DNA of 64,000 bases from an uncultured Burkholderiales bacterium (lineage in GTDB: Bacteria > Pseudomonadota > Gammaproteobacteria > Burkholderiales > Burkholderiaceae_C): contig CAIWAO010000019.1 in NCBI GenBank assembly GCA_903910745.1, positions 2,018 through 66,017 of the forward strand, read 5' to 3'. Below are positions 1 to 9,519 of the stretch, one piece after another (position 1 is the stretch's first letter; every line of letters begins with the position of its first letter). The notes below the pieces were generated by a model. That model did not search any database and had not been told where the DNA came from. It saw only the letters and a program-made list of their open reading frames with translations. The translations under genes were made by a program, and so were the position numbers.

Positions 1-1093
1 CCTCCGCTTTCAAAACCTGCATGACACGTTCTTTATTTGATTGAAGCAAAGGATAAGCTTCGCCCATCAAACTCACAAGGTCGGGTACTAATTTGTGAAA
101 GAAAGGGCTCTTTTGTCCAAGCTTGTAGCCATGCCTTATTGCACGGCGGACGATTCGCCTTTGAACATACCCTCTCCCCTCATTACTTGGAGTTACCCCG
201 TCACAAACCAAGAAAGCAGTTGCACGGATATGGTCCGCAATCACTTTTAAAGAGTTATTATGAAGATCGGTACAACCAGTCTCACGTGCGCTGGCTTTAA
301 TTAATTGATCAAATAAATCAATTTCATAATTGCTATGTACGCCTTGCAAAATAGCTGCTAATCGCTCTAGACCCATGCCCGTATCAACACAAGGGGCCGG
401 CAGATTTTTAACTGACCCATCAGCCTGCATATCAAACTGCATGAAAACGTTGTTCCAAATCTCAATAAAACGGTCTCCGTCTTGCTCTGGACTTCCCGGT
501 GGACCACCTGCAACATCAGGGCCGTGATCATAAAAAATCTCAGAACAAGGGCCACAAGGTCCAGTATCCGCCATCATCCAAAAGTTATCCGATGCGTACC
601 TCGCACCCTTGTTGTCTGCAATTCGAACAACCCGCTCAGCAGGAAGCCCGATCTCCTGAGTCCAGATATCGTAGGCCTCCTGATCTTCAAAATAAACTGT
701 CGCCCAAAGCTTTTCAGGAGGTAATTTATAAACTTCAGTTAACAACTCCCATGCCCACTTCAAACTCTCTCGCTTAAAGTAGTCCCCAAAACTCCAATTC
801 CCTAGCATCTCAAAGAATGTGTGATGTCTCGCTGTGTAGCCAACATTCTCCAAATCATTGTGTTTGCCCCCCGCTCTAAGACAAGCCTGAACTGAAGTTG
901 CTCTTACATAAGAACGCTTGTCAGTGCCAAGAAAAACGTCCTTGAATTGAACCATCCCTGAGTTGGTAAACATCAAAGTTGGATCATTCCCGGGGACAAG
1001 TGGACTGGAAGAAACAACGGTATGTCCCTTGGATACGAAGAAATCCAGGAAAGTTTTGCGAATATCAGCAACGCTAAATTTTGGTGTGCTCAT
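1..1093 (-). CDS. alaS: alanine--tRNA ligase, N-terminal part (gene continues beyond left window edge)
   Basis: Absent from the ORF track because it is open to the edge. My minus-strand translation from the ATG (complement of 1091-1093) reads [56 protein letters not shown]...[35 protein letters not shown]...[12 protein letters not shown], the class II AlaRS catalytic core. The + strand ORFs at 37-777 are shadow ORFs. Confidence 0.9.
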   Translation of the reverse strand, partial: MSTPKFSVADIRKTFLDFFVSKGHTVVSSSPLVPGNDPTLMFTNSGMVQFKDVFLGTDKRSYVRATSVQACLRAGGKHNDLENVGYTARHHTFFEMLGNWSFGDYFKRESLKWAWELLTEVYKLPPEKLWATVYFEDQEAYDIWTQEIGLPAERVVRIADNKGARYASDNFWMMADTGPCGPCSEIFYDHGPDVAGGPPGSPEQDGDRFIEIWNNVFMQFDMQADGSVKNLPAPCVDTGMGLERLAAILQGVHSNYEIDLFDQLIKASARETGCTDLHNNSLKVIADHIRATAFLVCDGVTPSNEGRGYVQRRIVRRAIRHGYKLGQKSPFFHKLVPDLVSLMGEAYPLLQSNKERVMQVLKAE

Positions 1094-1286
1094 GGGTGTA
1101 CAGTTTTTAAGTTATGCAAGAGCCAATTAAAACTAGTGAAAGATCCTAGTCTAGATTTATAGAGCTCCTGTATCCAAGAAATCAAGTATTTGATTGGTAT
1201 GGAAAATCTATATATATTATAGTTTTAGTTATGCGGATTACCTGTAAATAATTCCGCAAAAGTATTTCCAACAGTCAGCGCAAGTA

Positions 1287-1928
1287 CTAGTAATGCAGTG
1301 TTACGCCAGTTTTACTTTGAATAAATTCTTTAGTAACGCCTGGCGCCAATTCAATGACTTTAAGCCCTTCAGGCGTGACATCCATCACCGCCAAATCAGT
1401 TATGATTTTGTCCACAACGCCAACCCCGGTTAAAGGCAGAGTGCAACTGGGGAGTATTTTTAAGTCTTCCGTGCCGTCTTTTTTCCTAGCAACGTGCTCC
1501 ATCAAGACAATCACTTTTTTTACGCCGGCAACCAAATCCATTGCGCCGCCCATACCTTTGACCATCTTTCCAGGGATCATCCAATTGGCTAAGTCGCCTT
1601 TTTCACTTACCTGCATGGCACCCAAAATGGAGAGATTGATCTTTCCCCCCCTGATCATTGCAAAACTCTCGTGGCTACCAAAGATTGACGATCCTTTGAT
1701 TGTTGTAACGGTTTGTTTACCTGCATTAATCAAATCGGCGTCAACGTTCTCCTCAGTTGGAAATGCTCCAATACCCATCATCCCGTTCTCAGATTGCAGC
1801 CATACCTCTATATTTGCTGGAACGTGATTGGCGACCAATGTAGGAATTCCAATTCCAAGATTAACGTAAAAACCGTCCTCTAATTCATGTGCAGCACGCG
1901 CTGCCATTTGATCTTGACTCCAAGGCAT
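1287..1928 (-). CDS. scoB: 3-oxoacid CoA-transferase subunit B
   Basis: 213 aa. Catalytic-Glu SENG motif ([10 protein letters not shown]) and GMGGAMDLV. Starts 1 nt after the scoA stop. Confidence 0.9.
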   Translation of the reverse strand: MPWSQDQMAARAAHELEDGFYVNLGIGIPTLVANHVPANIEVWLQSENGMMGIGAFPTEENVDADLINAGKQTVTTIKGSSIFGSHESFAMIRGGKINLSILGAMQVSEKGDLANWMIPGKMVKGMGGAMDLVAGVKKVIVLMEHVARKKDGTEDLKILPSCTLPLTGVGVVDKIITDLAVMDVTPEGLKVIELAPGVTKEFIQSKTGVTLHY

Positions 1929-1929
1929 A

Positions 1930-2643
1930 TCAGACTCCAGCTTTCTCAGTTATGGTTCGTTTCTCAATTCGTTTCTCAGGATTTGCGTTCAAAACGATTC
2001 TATGAACATATATTCCTGGCAAATGGATTTGGTCAGGATGCATCTCACCCGTCTCCACAATCTCCTCAACTTCAACAATACACATTTTTCCCGCCATTGC
2101 AACGGCAGGGTTAAAGTTGCGTGCTGTGTATCTAAACTGCAAGTTACCAGAACGATCAGCCCTAAACGCTTTAACCAGTGAGAGCTCAGGCACCAAAGAG
2201 CGCTCCATGACGTAAGTCTCTCCATCAAATGTGCGTAGCTCTTTGCCTTCAGCCACCATAGTGCCAACACCAGTCTTTGTGAAAAAGGCAGGAATACCAG
2301 CGCCTCCAGCTCTAAGCTTTTCTGCCAACGTGCCTTGGGGTGTAAATTCAAGCTCCAACTCGCCCGCAAGATACTGACGCTCAAACTCCTTGTTCTCACC
2401 AACATAGGAGGCAATCATTTTTTTAATCTGACGTGTGTCTAACAACTTACCCAACCCGAATCCGTCAACGCCTGCGTTATTGGATATGGCGGTTAAATTT
2501 TTAACCCCAGATTTTTTTAGCGCCTCGATCAAAGCCTCTGGAATACCGCATAGTCCAAAACCACCTACCGCTATGAGCATGCCGTCTACAGCCACTCCCT
2601 TTAGGGCGTCTTCAGCGCTGGGGAAAATCTTATTCAAGTTCAA
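1930..2643 (-). CDS. scoA: 3-oxoacid CoA-transferase subunit A
   Basis: 237 aa. Family I CoA-transferase A-subunit N-terminus ([16 protein letters not shown]), paired with scoB. Confidence 0.9.
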   Translation of the reverse strand: MNLNKIFPSAEDALKGVAVDGMLIAVGGFGLCGIPEALIEALKKSGVKNLTAISNNAGVDGFGLGKLLDTRQIKKMIASYVGENKEFERQYLAGELELEFTPQGTLAEKLRAGGAGIPAFFTKTGVGTMVAEGKELRTFDGETYVMERSLVPELSLVKAFRADRSGNLQFRYTARNFNPAVAMAGKMCIVEVEEIVETGEMHPDQIHLPGIYVHRIVLNANPEKRIEKRTITEKAGV

Positions 2644-2823
2644 AACTCCTGGTACAAACTATTAAGAACAACGACTAAAAATTAAAGTTACTATTGTTAG
2701 TGCGTCATCATTGTATGAATTTTCAAGTCACTCAAAAAGTATTTGTTTTCGAGCCCTTTATTCTAACCAAAAAGGTTATTGCCTTTGCGAGTGTAAATCC
2801 TAAGTAACGCCGGGAGATAAGAT

Positions 2824-3288
2824 TTATTGCTGTTTTTTCTCTTCAATTAACTTACGTAAATCCTTAGGCAATTCAGTTGATTTTTTAACCGTGAAATCAA
2901 CCCACATTGTCGTCGCTCCCCCTTCTGCGTGAATAACTCCAGGTTCAGACTTTGACTCCAAGGTACACCATGTCTCAAATGTTGCTCTCTGGGGGTCACT
3001 TGCATACATTTTTGCAATAACGGTATCAGGATATTCAAATTGCCGGTAAAAATTGCAAAACGCATTAACGAGTACGGGACCTTTACCGCTGGGGTTTGGG
3101 GGATAGCCTAAATGGGTCAGCCACTCAATGCGGATGCTCTCTAAAAACCTAAAGTACACGGTATTGTTCACATGCCCCATCGCGTCCATATCGCCCCAAC
3201 GCACTGGAATCTCCATCTCGTAGACCAATATTTTTTCCTCGGGTAGCGCTATTCTCATTGAATTTAACTCAACATCATTTAAATACAA
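2824..3288 (-). CDS. hotdog-fold acyl-CoA thioesterase (YbgC/4HBT type)
   Basis: 154 aa. VRWGDMDAMGHVNNTVYFRFLE motif. 10-nt overlap with the upstream SDR gene. Confidence 0.7.
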   Translation of the reverse strand: MYLNDVELNSMRIALPEEKILVYEMEIPVRWGDMDAMGHVNNTVYFRFLESIRIEWLTHLGYPPNPSGKGPVLVNAFCNFYRQFEYPDTVIAKMYASDPQRATFETWCTLESKSEPGVIHAEGGATTMWVDFTVKKSTELPKDLRKLIEEKKQQ

Positions 3289-4061
3289 AATCCGTCATCG
3301 GCCGCGATAATGGCGCCGTTTATAAAGTGTCCTTCAGAGCTTGCCAACATGACTAATAAAGCGTCCAAATCTTTGGGTTCACCAATTCGCTTACGCGGTA
3401 ACATCTGAATGAGCTTTTTACCTTGCTCAGTTTCCCAGTGATGATGATTGATTTCAGTATCAATGTAGCCTGGACAAATAGCGTTCACATTGATACCAAA
3501 CTTTCCCCACTCAAGTGCCATCGCTTTGGTCATCTGTATGACTGCGGCTTTGCTCATACAGTAAACACCAATTTGAGGTAGCACTTTTAGGCCTGCAGTG
3601 GATGCAATATTGATGATTCGCCCGCCCGCATGCGCATGGGGGGTAAGGCCCTTTGCTCGAGCAAGCATTCTTTTACCGACTTCTTGCGCAACAAAAAAAG
3701 CTCCCTTAACATTGGTGTCAAAGATATCGTCAAAATTGGATTCACCCACCTCTTGTAATCGTTGTGTGGAGCTAACACCAGAGTTGTTGACAAGAATATC
3801 TATAGGGCCCACCTCAGTTTCTGCATGAGCAACGGCAGATTTGATGCTATCCAAATCAGTTACATCAAGAAGGCTTACGTGCGCATCCCCACCTTCGGCT
3901 TCGATTTCAGCCCTCAAATCCTTTAAAAGTTCAATGCGTCTACCAGCCAGTATGACTGCAGCACCCGCATGCGAAAGGGTCTTTGCAAATTGTTTACCTA
4001 GCCCGCTTGATGCGCCAGTAATCAATGCCACCCTTCCCGATAGGTCTAAAGAATACGCCAT
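3279..4061 (-). CDS. SDR family oxidoreductase
   Basis: 260 aa. Cofactor motif ITGASSGLG and catalytic YCMSKAA (YxxxK). Confidence 0.85.
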   Translation of the reverse strand: MAYSLDLSGRVALITGASSGLGKQFAKTLSHAGAAVILAGRRIELLKDLRAEIEAEGGDAHVSLLDVTDLDSIKSAVAHAETEVGPIDILVNNSGVSSTQRLQEVGESNFDDIFDTNVKGAFFVAQEVGKRMLARAKGLTPHAHAGGRIINIASTAGLKVLPQIGVYCMSKAAVIQMTKAMALEWGKFGINVNAICPGYIDTEINHHHWETEQGKKLIQMLPRKRIGEPKDLDALLVMLASSEGHFINGAIIAADDGFCI

Positions 4062-4260
4062 GGTTTTAAAACTCCACTCATCAGTAATTTGATGATTTTA
4101 AAAAATAAAATTTAAGTCTAATCTGTAAGAAACTAAATCCATCTCCGATTATGGCAATGCAACTGTGTTTTCTAACATTCAGTAATGGTAAATACCTGAT
4201 AAAAGCAATTTTGACTGTTTTTAAATTCAGTCCGAGAGAGTTATTTCTTGAGTTTGTAAG

Positions 4261-4899
4261 TTATTTCGCAGTGTTTTTTTTCTTAAAACTGCAGTAACTT
4301 GCTACCGAGCACTTATAGCACTCTGGCGTTCTGGCTTTGCAGATATAGCGCCCCAAAAGTATTAACCAATTGTGAGCATCTAATAAAAATTCACTGGGTA
4401 CTCTCTTGAGTAACTTTAATTCAACATCTAAAGGTGTTTTCCCTGGAGCAAGACCCGTTCTGTTGCTCACCCTAAAGATATGAGTATCTACGGCCATAGT
4501 TGGCTGAGAAAATGCAACATTCAAAACGACATTGGCTGTTTTACGTCCTACTCCAGGTAACGCTTCTAACTCATCTCTGTTGTTAGGTACCTGACCATCG
4601 TGGTGGTCCACTAAAATCTGGCAAGTTTGAATCAAGTGTTTGGCTTTACTTTTATAAAGTCCAATGGTTTTGATATGTTGCTCTAATCCGCTGTTTCCCA
4701 ACTCTAAAATTCCCTTTGGTGTATTGGCCACTTTAAACAACACTCTTGTTGCCTTATTGACGCCTACATCTGTGGCCTGGGCACTTAAGAGCACCGCGCA
4801 CAAAAGTTCAAACACGCTCGTATACTCTAACTCTGTAGTTGGGTTGGGGTTAACCACCCGCAGAGTTTCAAAAAACAAGTGAATATTTTCTTTTTTCAT
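4261..4899 (-). CDS. nth: endonuclease III
   Basis: HhH-GPD core (LPGVGRKTANVVL, AVDTHIFRV) and C-terminal Fe-S motif CKARTPECYKCSVASYC (C-x6-C-x2-C-x5-C). The track ORF extends to 5070. The start at MKKENIH (4899) aligns residue-for-residue with the E. coli Nth N-terminus as I remember it. An alternative ATG lies at 4935. Confidence 0.85.
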   Translation of the reverse strand: MKKENIHLFFETLRVVNPNPTTELEYTSVFELLCAVLLSAQATDVGVNKATRVLFKVANTPKGILELGNSGLEQHIKTIGLYKSKAKHLIQTCQILVDHHDGQVPNNRDELEALPGVGRKTANVVLNVAFSQPTMAVDTHIFRVSNRTGLAPGKTPLDVELKLLKRVPSEFLLDAHNWLILLGRYICKARTPECYKCSVASYCSFKKKNTAK

Positions 4900-4933
4900 T
4901 TTTTTAATTATTTGAATTTTTGGTGATTTTGAC

Positions 4934-6157
4934 ATGCAATTTTCTAAAAGACTTGACAATGTAGAGACCTCCGCCATTCGGGAACTATTTAAGCTGCTCG
5001 GAAAACCCGGGATTATCAGCTTTGCAGGGGGTTTTCCAGACAGTGCAATGTTTGATTTGGAGGGGATCAAAGAGGCCAGTGCTCAGGCATTAACCGAGCA
5101 ACCAGGCCCAAGCCTTCAGTACGGCGCCACCGAGGGCTACGATCCTCTTAGAGAACAACTCAGTCATTTCATGTCCACAAAGGGAATAACCAACGTTGAC
5201 CCTCACCAAATGATCATCACAACCGGGAGCCAACAAGCTCTAGATTTGGTTGGCAAGACACTACTTGAGCCAGGTGATGTGGTGCTGGTTGAGGCTCCAA
5301 CCTTTTTAGCAACAATTCAATGCTTTAGACTTTATGGCCCCACAGTCCTGGGCGTTCCTATCGATAAAGACGGAGTATTGGTAGAGGCACTTGAGGAAAT
5401 GATTGTTAAGCACCGACCTAAAGTCATTTACTTGGTTCCTTCTTTTGGCAACCCAAGTGGAGCGCTCACGACACTTCAAAGAAGACTAAAAATTCTTGAG
5501 CTCTGCGTGAAATATAAGACAGTAATCGTAGAGGACGATCCCTATTCAGATCTTTACTTTACTCCTGAGCCCCCGCCCAACAGCCTCTTGGCCTTAAGCC
5601 AACAGGTCCCAGGCTCAAGAGATTGGTTGATTTACTGTGGATCTCTTAGCAAGGTTTTAAGTCCTGGTCTAAGACTGGGCTGGGTGGTCGGACAAGCAGA
5701 CTTTTTATCTAGAGCCACCATGTGCAAACAATTTGGAGACGCGCACACCTCTACTTTTGCGCAGGCCACAGCTGCCTTTTATCTGAAGTCCGGCAGAATG
5801 CCAGGCACACTAAATAATGTTCGCTCTGTTTATGCTCAAAGAGCCAAAGTCATGGGTGAGAGCTTAAAAGCTGAAATGGGCTCGTCTTTGAAGTTTGATG
5901 AACCGTTAGGTGGTCTCTTCTTTTGGGCTAAATTGACGGGGTTAAATCCAGACGGCACCCCTCACAAAGACTCAACTCTTACGGGCACCAGCTTTGCCCA
6001 AAAAGCAATTGAACATAAAGTAGCGTTTGTTCCCGGCGCACCTTTTTATGCAGATAAGGCAGATTCTAAAACTTTGAGACTTAGCTTTGCGACTGCTGAT
6101 GAACTCAAGATCAAGGACGGCATGAACCGACTGGGCCAGGCGATTTTAGATACTTAA
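4934..6157 (+). CDS. PLP-dependent aminotransferase, class I/II (2-aminoadipate/MocR-like catalytic domain, no HTH)
   Basis: 407 aa. SFAGGFPD near the N-terminus and the PLP-lysine region GSLSKVLSPGLRLGW. Confidence 0.8.
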   Translation: MQFSKRLDNVETSAIRELFKLLGKPGIISFAGGFPDSAMFDLEGIKEASAQALTEQPGPSLQYGATEGYDPLREQLSHFMSTKGITNVDPHQMIITTGSQQALDLVGKTLLEPGDVVLVEAPTFLATIQCFRLYGPTVLGVPIDKDGVLVEALEEMIVKHRPKVIYLVPSFGNPSGALTTLQRRLKILELCVKYKTVIVEDDPYSDLYFTPEPPPNSLLALSQQVPGSRDWLIYCGSLSKVLSPGLRLGWVVGQADFLSRATMCKQFGDAHTSTFAQATAAFYLKSGRMPGTLNNVRSVYAQRAKVMGESLKAEMGSSLKFDEPLGGLFFWAKLTGLNPDGTPHKDSTLTGTSFAQKAIEHKVAFVPGAPFYADKADSKTLRLSFATADELKIKDGMNRLGQAILDT

Positions 6158-6170
6158 TCATCTAAATGTT

Positions 6171-6542
6171 CTAATTTTTCTTGCAAAAATCCAAATACTC
6201 GACACTTCCCATAAGTGATTCAAGTTCGTTGGGGGTTGTCAACTCAACCTCTACCAACCACCCTGATCCCAAGGGATCTGAGTTAACGAGGGCTGGATTA
6301 TCTTTGAGTTGATCGTTTAACTTAATGACCCGCGCACCAGCGGGGATCAGCACATCTGCAGCGGCCTTAACAGATTCAATGACGGCTAGGACACCGCTTT
6401 TTGTAAATTCCTCACCGATTTTTGGCAATTGTACAAAGACGATGTCTCCCAAAGCATCTTGCGCGTGCTCAGTGATTCCAACCTTAGTGACTCCATTTTC
6501 TACTTCAATCCAAACATGATCACTGGAGAACTTCTTTCCCAT
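6171..6542 (-). CDS. gcvH: glycine cleavage system H protein (lipoyl carrier)
   Basis: 123 aa. Lipoyl-lysine motif ESVKAAADV and typical HVWIE...GITEHAQDALGDIVFV. No gcvT or gcvP adjacent. Confidence 0.8.
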   Translation of the reverse strand: MGKKFSSDHVWIEVENGVTKVGITEHAQDALGDIVFVQLPKIGEEFTKSGVLAVIESVKAAADVLIPAGARVIKLNDQLKDNPALVNSDPLGSGWLVEVELTTPNELESLMGSVEYLDFCKKN

Positions 6543-6724
6543 TTTGACACCCTAAATTATATTTTTAGATAGCAATTTTGTAAAAATAATTGGAATTGTT
6601 AACCAACTTTTTCATTAAAACACCATTCTAAGTCTTGTAAAGCGCCCCAAAAGATTTTGCTACACTGTTAGACAACTGTTTTGAGTCCCTTAAAGACTCC
6701 TCACATTCAGCTTAAAATACCTGT

Positions 6725-6946
6725 ATGGCACAAAATCCTTTGTTGGAAAATATATTTGAACGCGTTGAACGACTTTTGCTCAGACACGAGGAGTTAAAAC
6801 GTACGAATCTACTCCTGGAGGAGCAGGTAGCTCAATTAGAACAAGAGCGCGATTCCATGAAGTCTCGCCTCAATACTGCCAAAATTAGAGTTGAATCTCT
6901 TCTCGAGAGACTCCCTTCTGAGGCACTATCCAAAGTTAAAAAATGA
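6725..6946 (+). CDS. small coiled-coil protein upstream of zapA (ZapB-like / TIGR02449-type)
   Basis: 73 aa with a heptad-like Leu/Glu pattern. ATGA overlap with zapA. Confidence 0.5.
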   Translation: MAQNPLLENIFERVERLLLRHEELKRTNLLLEEQVAQLEQERDSMKSRLNTAKIRVESLLERLPSEALSKVKK

Positions 6947-7239
6947 AACAAAAAGAAGTCCAAATAATGGGTCAAGGCTACCTGTTGGGTTGCCCTGAAG
7001 GTGGAGAAGACAGACTAAACCTGGCCGTCCAAAAGGTTGATGAAGCAATGTGTAAGATCCGAGATGCTGGTAAAACCAAAGCACGTGATCGGATTGCAGT
7101 GCTAGCGGCTCTTAATTTGGCCTTTGATCTCACTGACAAACCCGTTTTCTCTGGCTCCAAAGAAACTCACAACGAACAGCTTGATAATTTACTAAACCGA
7201 CTGGATCTAGCACTCGGAGATGATGGTCAACTGCTTTGA
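6943..7239 (+). CDS. zapA: cell division protein ZapA
   Basis: 98 aa. ZapA-like sequence (VQIMGQGYLLGCPEGGEDRLNLAVQKVDEAM...AALNLAFDL). Followed by a 6S RNA-like element, which is conserved proteobacterial synteny. Confidence 0.75.
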   Translation: MKQKEVQIMGQGYLLGCPEGGEDRLNLAVQKVDEAMCKIRDAGKTKARDRIAVLAALNLAFDLTDKPVFSGSKETHNEQLDNLLNRLDLALGDDGQLL

Positions 7240-7304
7240 GTGGCCTTAGGCCCTAAATTCTCTAAGAGAGTAATGGGGTTTTACGCACCCGCGGATTACA
7301 ATAA

Positions 7305-7485
7305 CTGGGTCTGCAGGACTACTGGGTTTTATATTCCTTGAACCAATGCTCTTTAGAGCCCGGGCTTGGAACATTGTCTGATGGGCGCGATCGTCTCGCG
7401 TTAGACGAACCCAACATCAGTCTGCCCTCGCCCACCTGAACTTAGCGTTCAGGGTGCTAATTCAGTACTCTTTGCAGACACCCCT
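7305..7485 (+). ncRNA. ssrS: 6S RNA
   Basis: ~180 nt directly downstream of zapA. Closing stem GGGTCTGCAG (7307-) pairs with TGCAGACACCC (-7484). CCTTGAAC pairs with GTTCAGGG. Internal CTGATG/CATCAG stem and apical hairpin CGCGA-tcgtc-TCGCG, with large unpaired central regions. Ends are approximate (+/-10 nt). Confidence 0.7.
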
Positions 7486-7544
7486 CATATAAAGTTCAGC
7501 TTAACACTGAATCCTCCATTTATCCAACACGCATCGGATACACA

Positions 7545-8390
7545 TTGATAGACCTCTCCCCGCTCCTCAATTTAGACCCACTACTTCTCCTGGGACTTTG
7601 TTTACTCGGACTTTTCACTGGATTCGTAGCTGGACTCTTCGGAATCGGAGGCGGAATGGTGATGGTTCCTTTTATTGTGTACTTTCTCACCTTAATCGAT
7701 ATTAATCAGGATTTAGTGCTAAAAATTGCGATTGCAACGTCAATGTCTACGATCGTTTTTACCTCACTCTCAAGCGTTAGAGCCCATCATAAAAAGGGGG
7801 CTGTAAGGTGGGAGTTGGTCAAAGGATTGGCACCTGGACTCATACTCGGCAGTTTGATATCAAGCGCTGGGATGTTCTCGTTATTTAAAGGTACGACACT
7901 TGCGCTGGTATTCGAAGGGTTTTTATACTACTCCGCCACTCAGATGTACATCAATAAAAAGCCAAAACCATCCCGTCAAGTCCCTGATGCGCTTGGAATG
8001 GTAGGCGCAGGCGGAGTGATTGGGTTTTTCTCCGGTCTAGTCGGCGCAGGGGGCGGTTTTATCAGTGTTCCTTTTATGGTTTGGTGTAATGTGGAGCTCA
8101 GAAATGCTGTAGCTACAAGTGCAGCACTTGGTTTCCCCATCGCACTGACAAACGTTGTTGGCTACATATACTCAGGATGGTCAGAACTAGGGCGTCCCGC
8201 ACTGAGCTTAGGCTTTATTTGGATTCCTGGGATGGTTTTGATTGCAGTTTGTAGTGTGCTGACTGCGCCACTGGGAGTTAAAGTGGCTCACAAACTTCCT
8301 GTCAAATATTTATCTAAAATATTTGCAGCCTTACTTTACACACTTGCAACATACATGTTGTACAAAACTGTTACGCAATTGTTAAATTAA
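7545..8390 (+). CDS. TSUP (TauE/SafE) family anion exporter
   Basis: 281 aa polytopic protein with a duplicated motif GLFGIGGGMVMVP / GLVGAGGGFISVP. The track start is TTG, so the start is uncertain. Confidence 0.8.
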   Translation: MIDLSPLLNLDPLLLLGLCLLGLFTGFVAGLFGIGGGMVMVPFIVYFLTLIDINQDLVLKIAIATSMSTIVFTSLSSVRAHHKKGAVRWELVKGLAPGLILGSLISSAGMFSLFKGTTLALVFEGFLYYSATQMYINKKPKPSRQVPDALGMVGAGGVIGFFSGLVGAGGGFISVPFMVWCNVELRNAVATSAALGFPIALTNVVGYIYSGWSELGRPALSLGFIWIPGMVLIAVCSVLTAPLGVKVAHKLPVKYLSKIFAALLYTLATYMLYKTVTQLLN

Positions 8391-8821
8391 TGTATTTCTT
8401 TTTTGATCTACTCAAGCTCACCTTGAACGATCATAATTAAGTCTTCTGAGTTTTGTTAAACGATTGATTGTTGACTTTACGAACAAGAATACGTTAGTGA
8501 TAGGGGAATATTTAAAACAATATGCCCCCCTTTGAAAAGCAATATCAAAGCCGTAGTTGCACCCCAAAAAAAGGTGATGAGTGCACACAAATGGCTAGCT
8601 TTAATTGATAAATCCATACTCCGTGGACACACCCCTCGCTTTAAGTCAATTTCAAAGCCAAAGAACTCAGATATTCAGGAATAAATCCTGAATACTCCTT
8701 TATTGATCTTCAGTAATTGGAAGAAGCAAAATAAATTTTGCAAGATCCAGGCATTGATACGTCAGCCAAGAGGGGGGCATTTTTTCAAAGCTCAGACTCA
8801 ACTCCAAAATGAAAGTTTCAA

Positions 8822-9475
8822 ATGACAACGACCGCACTTAAGAAGAATATTGATTTTTTAATGAATTTAGCTGACAACACCCTCATGATCAAAAAGGGGG
8901 ATTATCTTTATCATAGGGGAGATGCATCTACCTGCATCATGCTCATTTTTTCAGGATCCCTTAAAACTGTGGACTTAAATGAAGGGGGTGAATTACGCAT
9001 CAAAGAATTCTTGATTAAACAAGACATCATAGGTCTAGATGCGATGATGGACACTTATCACTCAACAGATGCCATCGCCATAGAAGACTCTATTGTGAAG
9101 GCGATCTCATACGAAAAATTCAATCTTTTCACACTCAGATCTCCAGAAATCTCAGAAATATTGGAAACCGTAAGAGCTCAGTTCATGGCCAGAAAAGAGG
9201 AATCTAGAAGAGTCCTGGACAACTTAAGATCAGAGTCCAAAATGGCCTCTTTTTTATTGAACTTGACTAACCGAATGGGTCGAATTGGTTATTCAACAGA
9301 GCGTATACAAATCAAAATGACACACAAAGACATTGCCAACTTCCTTGGTGTTAAGGGTGAAACAATTTCAAGGGCAATTCATTCACTAACGACTAAGGGG
9401 ACCATCATCATGAAACATAAAACCATGGCAATCTTAGATATGCAATTGCTAAAAGATATTATTCGTCCCGTTTAA
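8822..9475 (+). CDS. Crp/Fnr family transcriptional regulator
   Basis: 217 aa. cNMP-binding-like N-domain and a C-terminal HTH with FNR-type recognition helix GETISRAI. No N-terminal FNR Cys cluster. Confidence 0.8.
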   Translation: MTTTALKKNIDFLMNLADNTLMIKKGDYLYHRGDASTCIMLIFSGSLKTVDLNEGGELRIKEFLIKQDIIGLDAMMDTYHSTDAIAIEDSIVKAISYEKFNLFTLRSPEISEILETVRAQFMARKEESRRVLDNLRSESKMASFLLNLTNRMGRIGYSTERIQIKMTHKDIANFLGVKGETISRAIHSLTTKGTIIMKHKTMAILDMQLLKDIIRPV

Positions 9476-9519
9476 TCTCTAGTAAGCATGATTGGCAAAA
9501 GTATTCAAAAAAAGCTTCG

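Noticed and set aside
37-777. Five + or - strand ORFs (60-92 aa) in the first 800 nt
   Set aside because: They lie inside or antisense to a continuous minus-strand frame with an unmistakable AlaRS sequence. They are shadow ORFs.
8391-8821. Canonical FNR/CRP palindromes (TTGAT-N4-ATCAA) upstream of the Crp/Fnr gene
   Set aside because: I found only isolated TTGAT half-sites (for example TTGATCTACTCAAG and TTGATACGTCAGCC). That is expected by chance in AT-rich DNA, so no full site was claimed.
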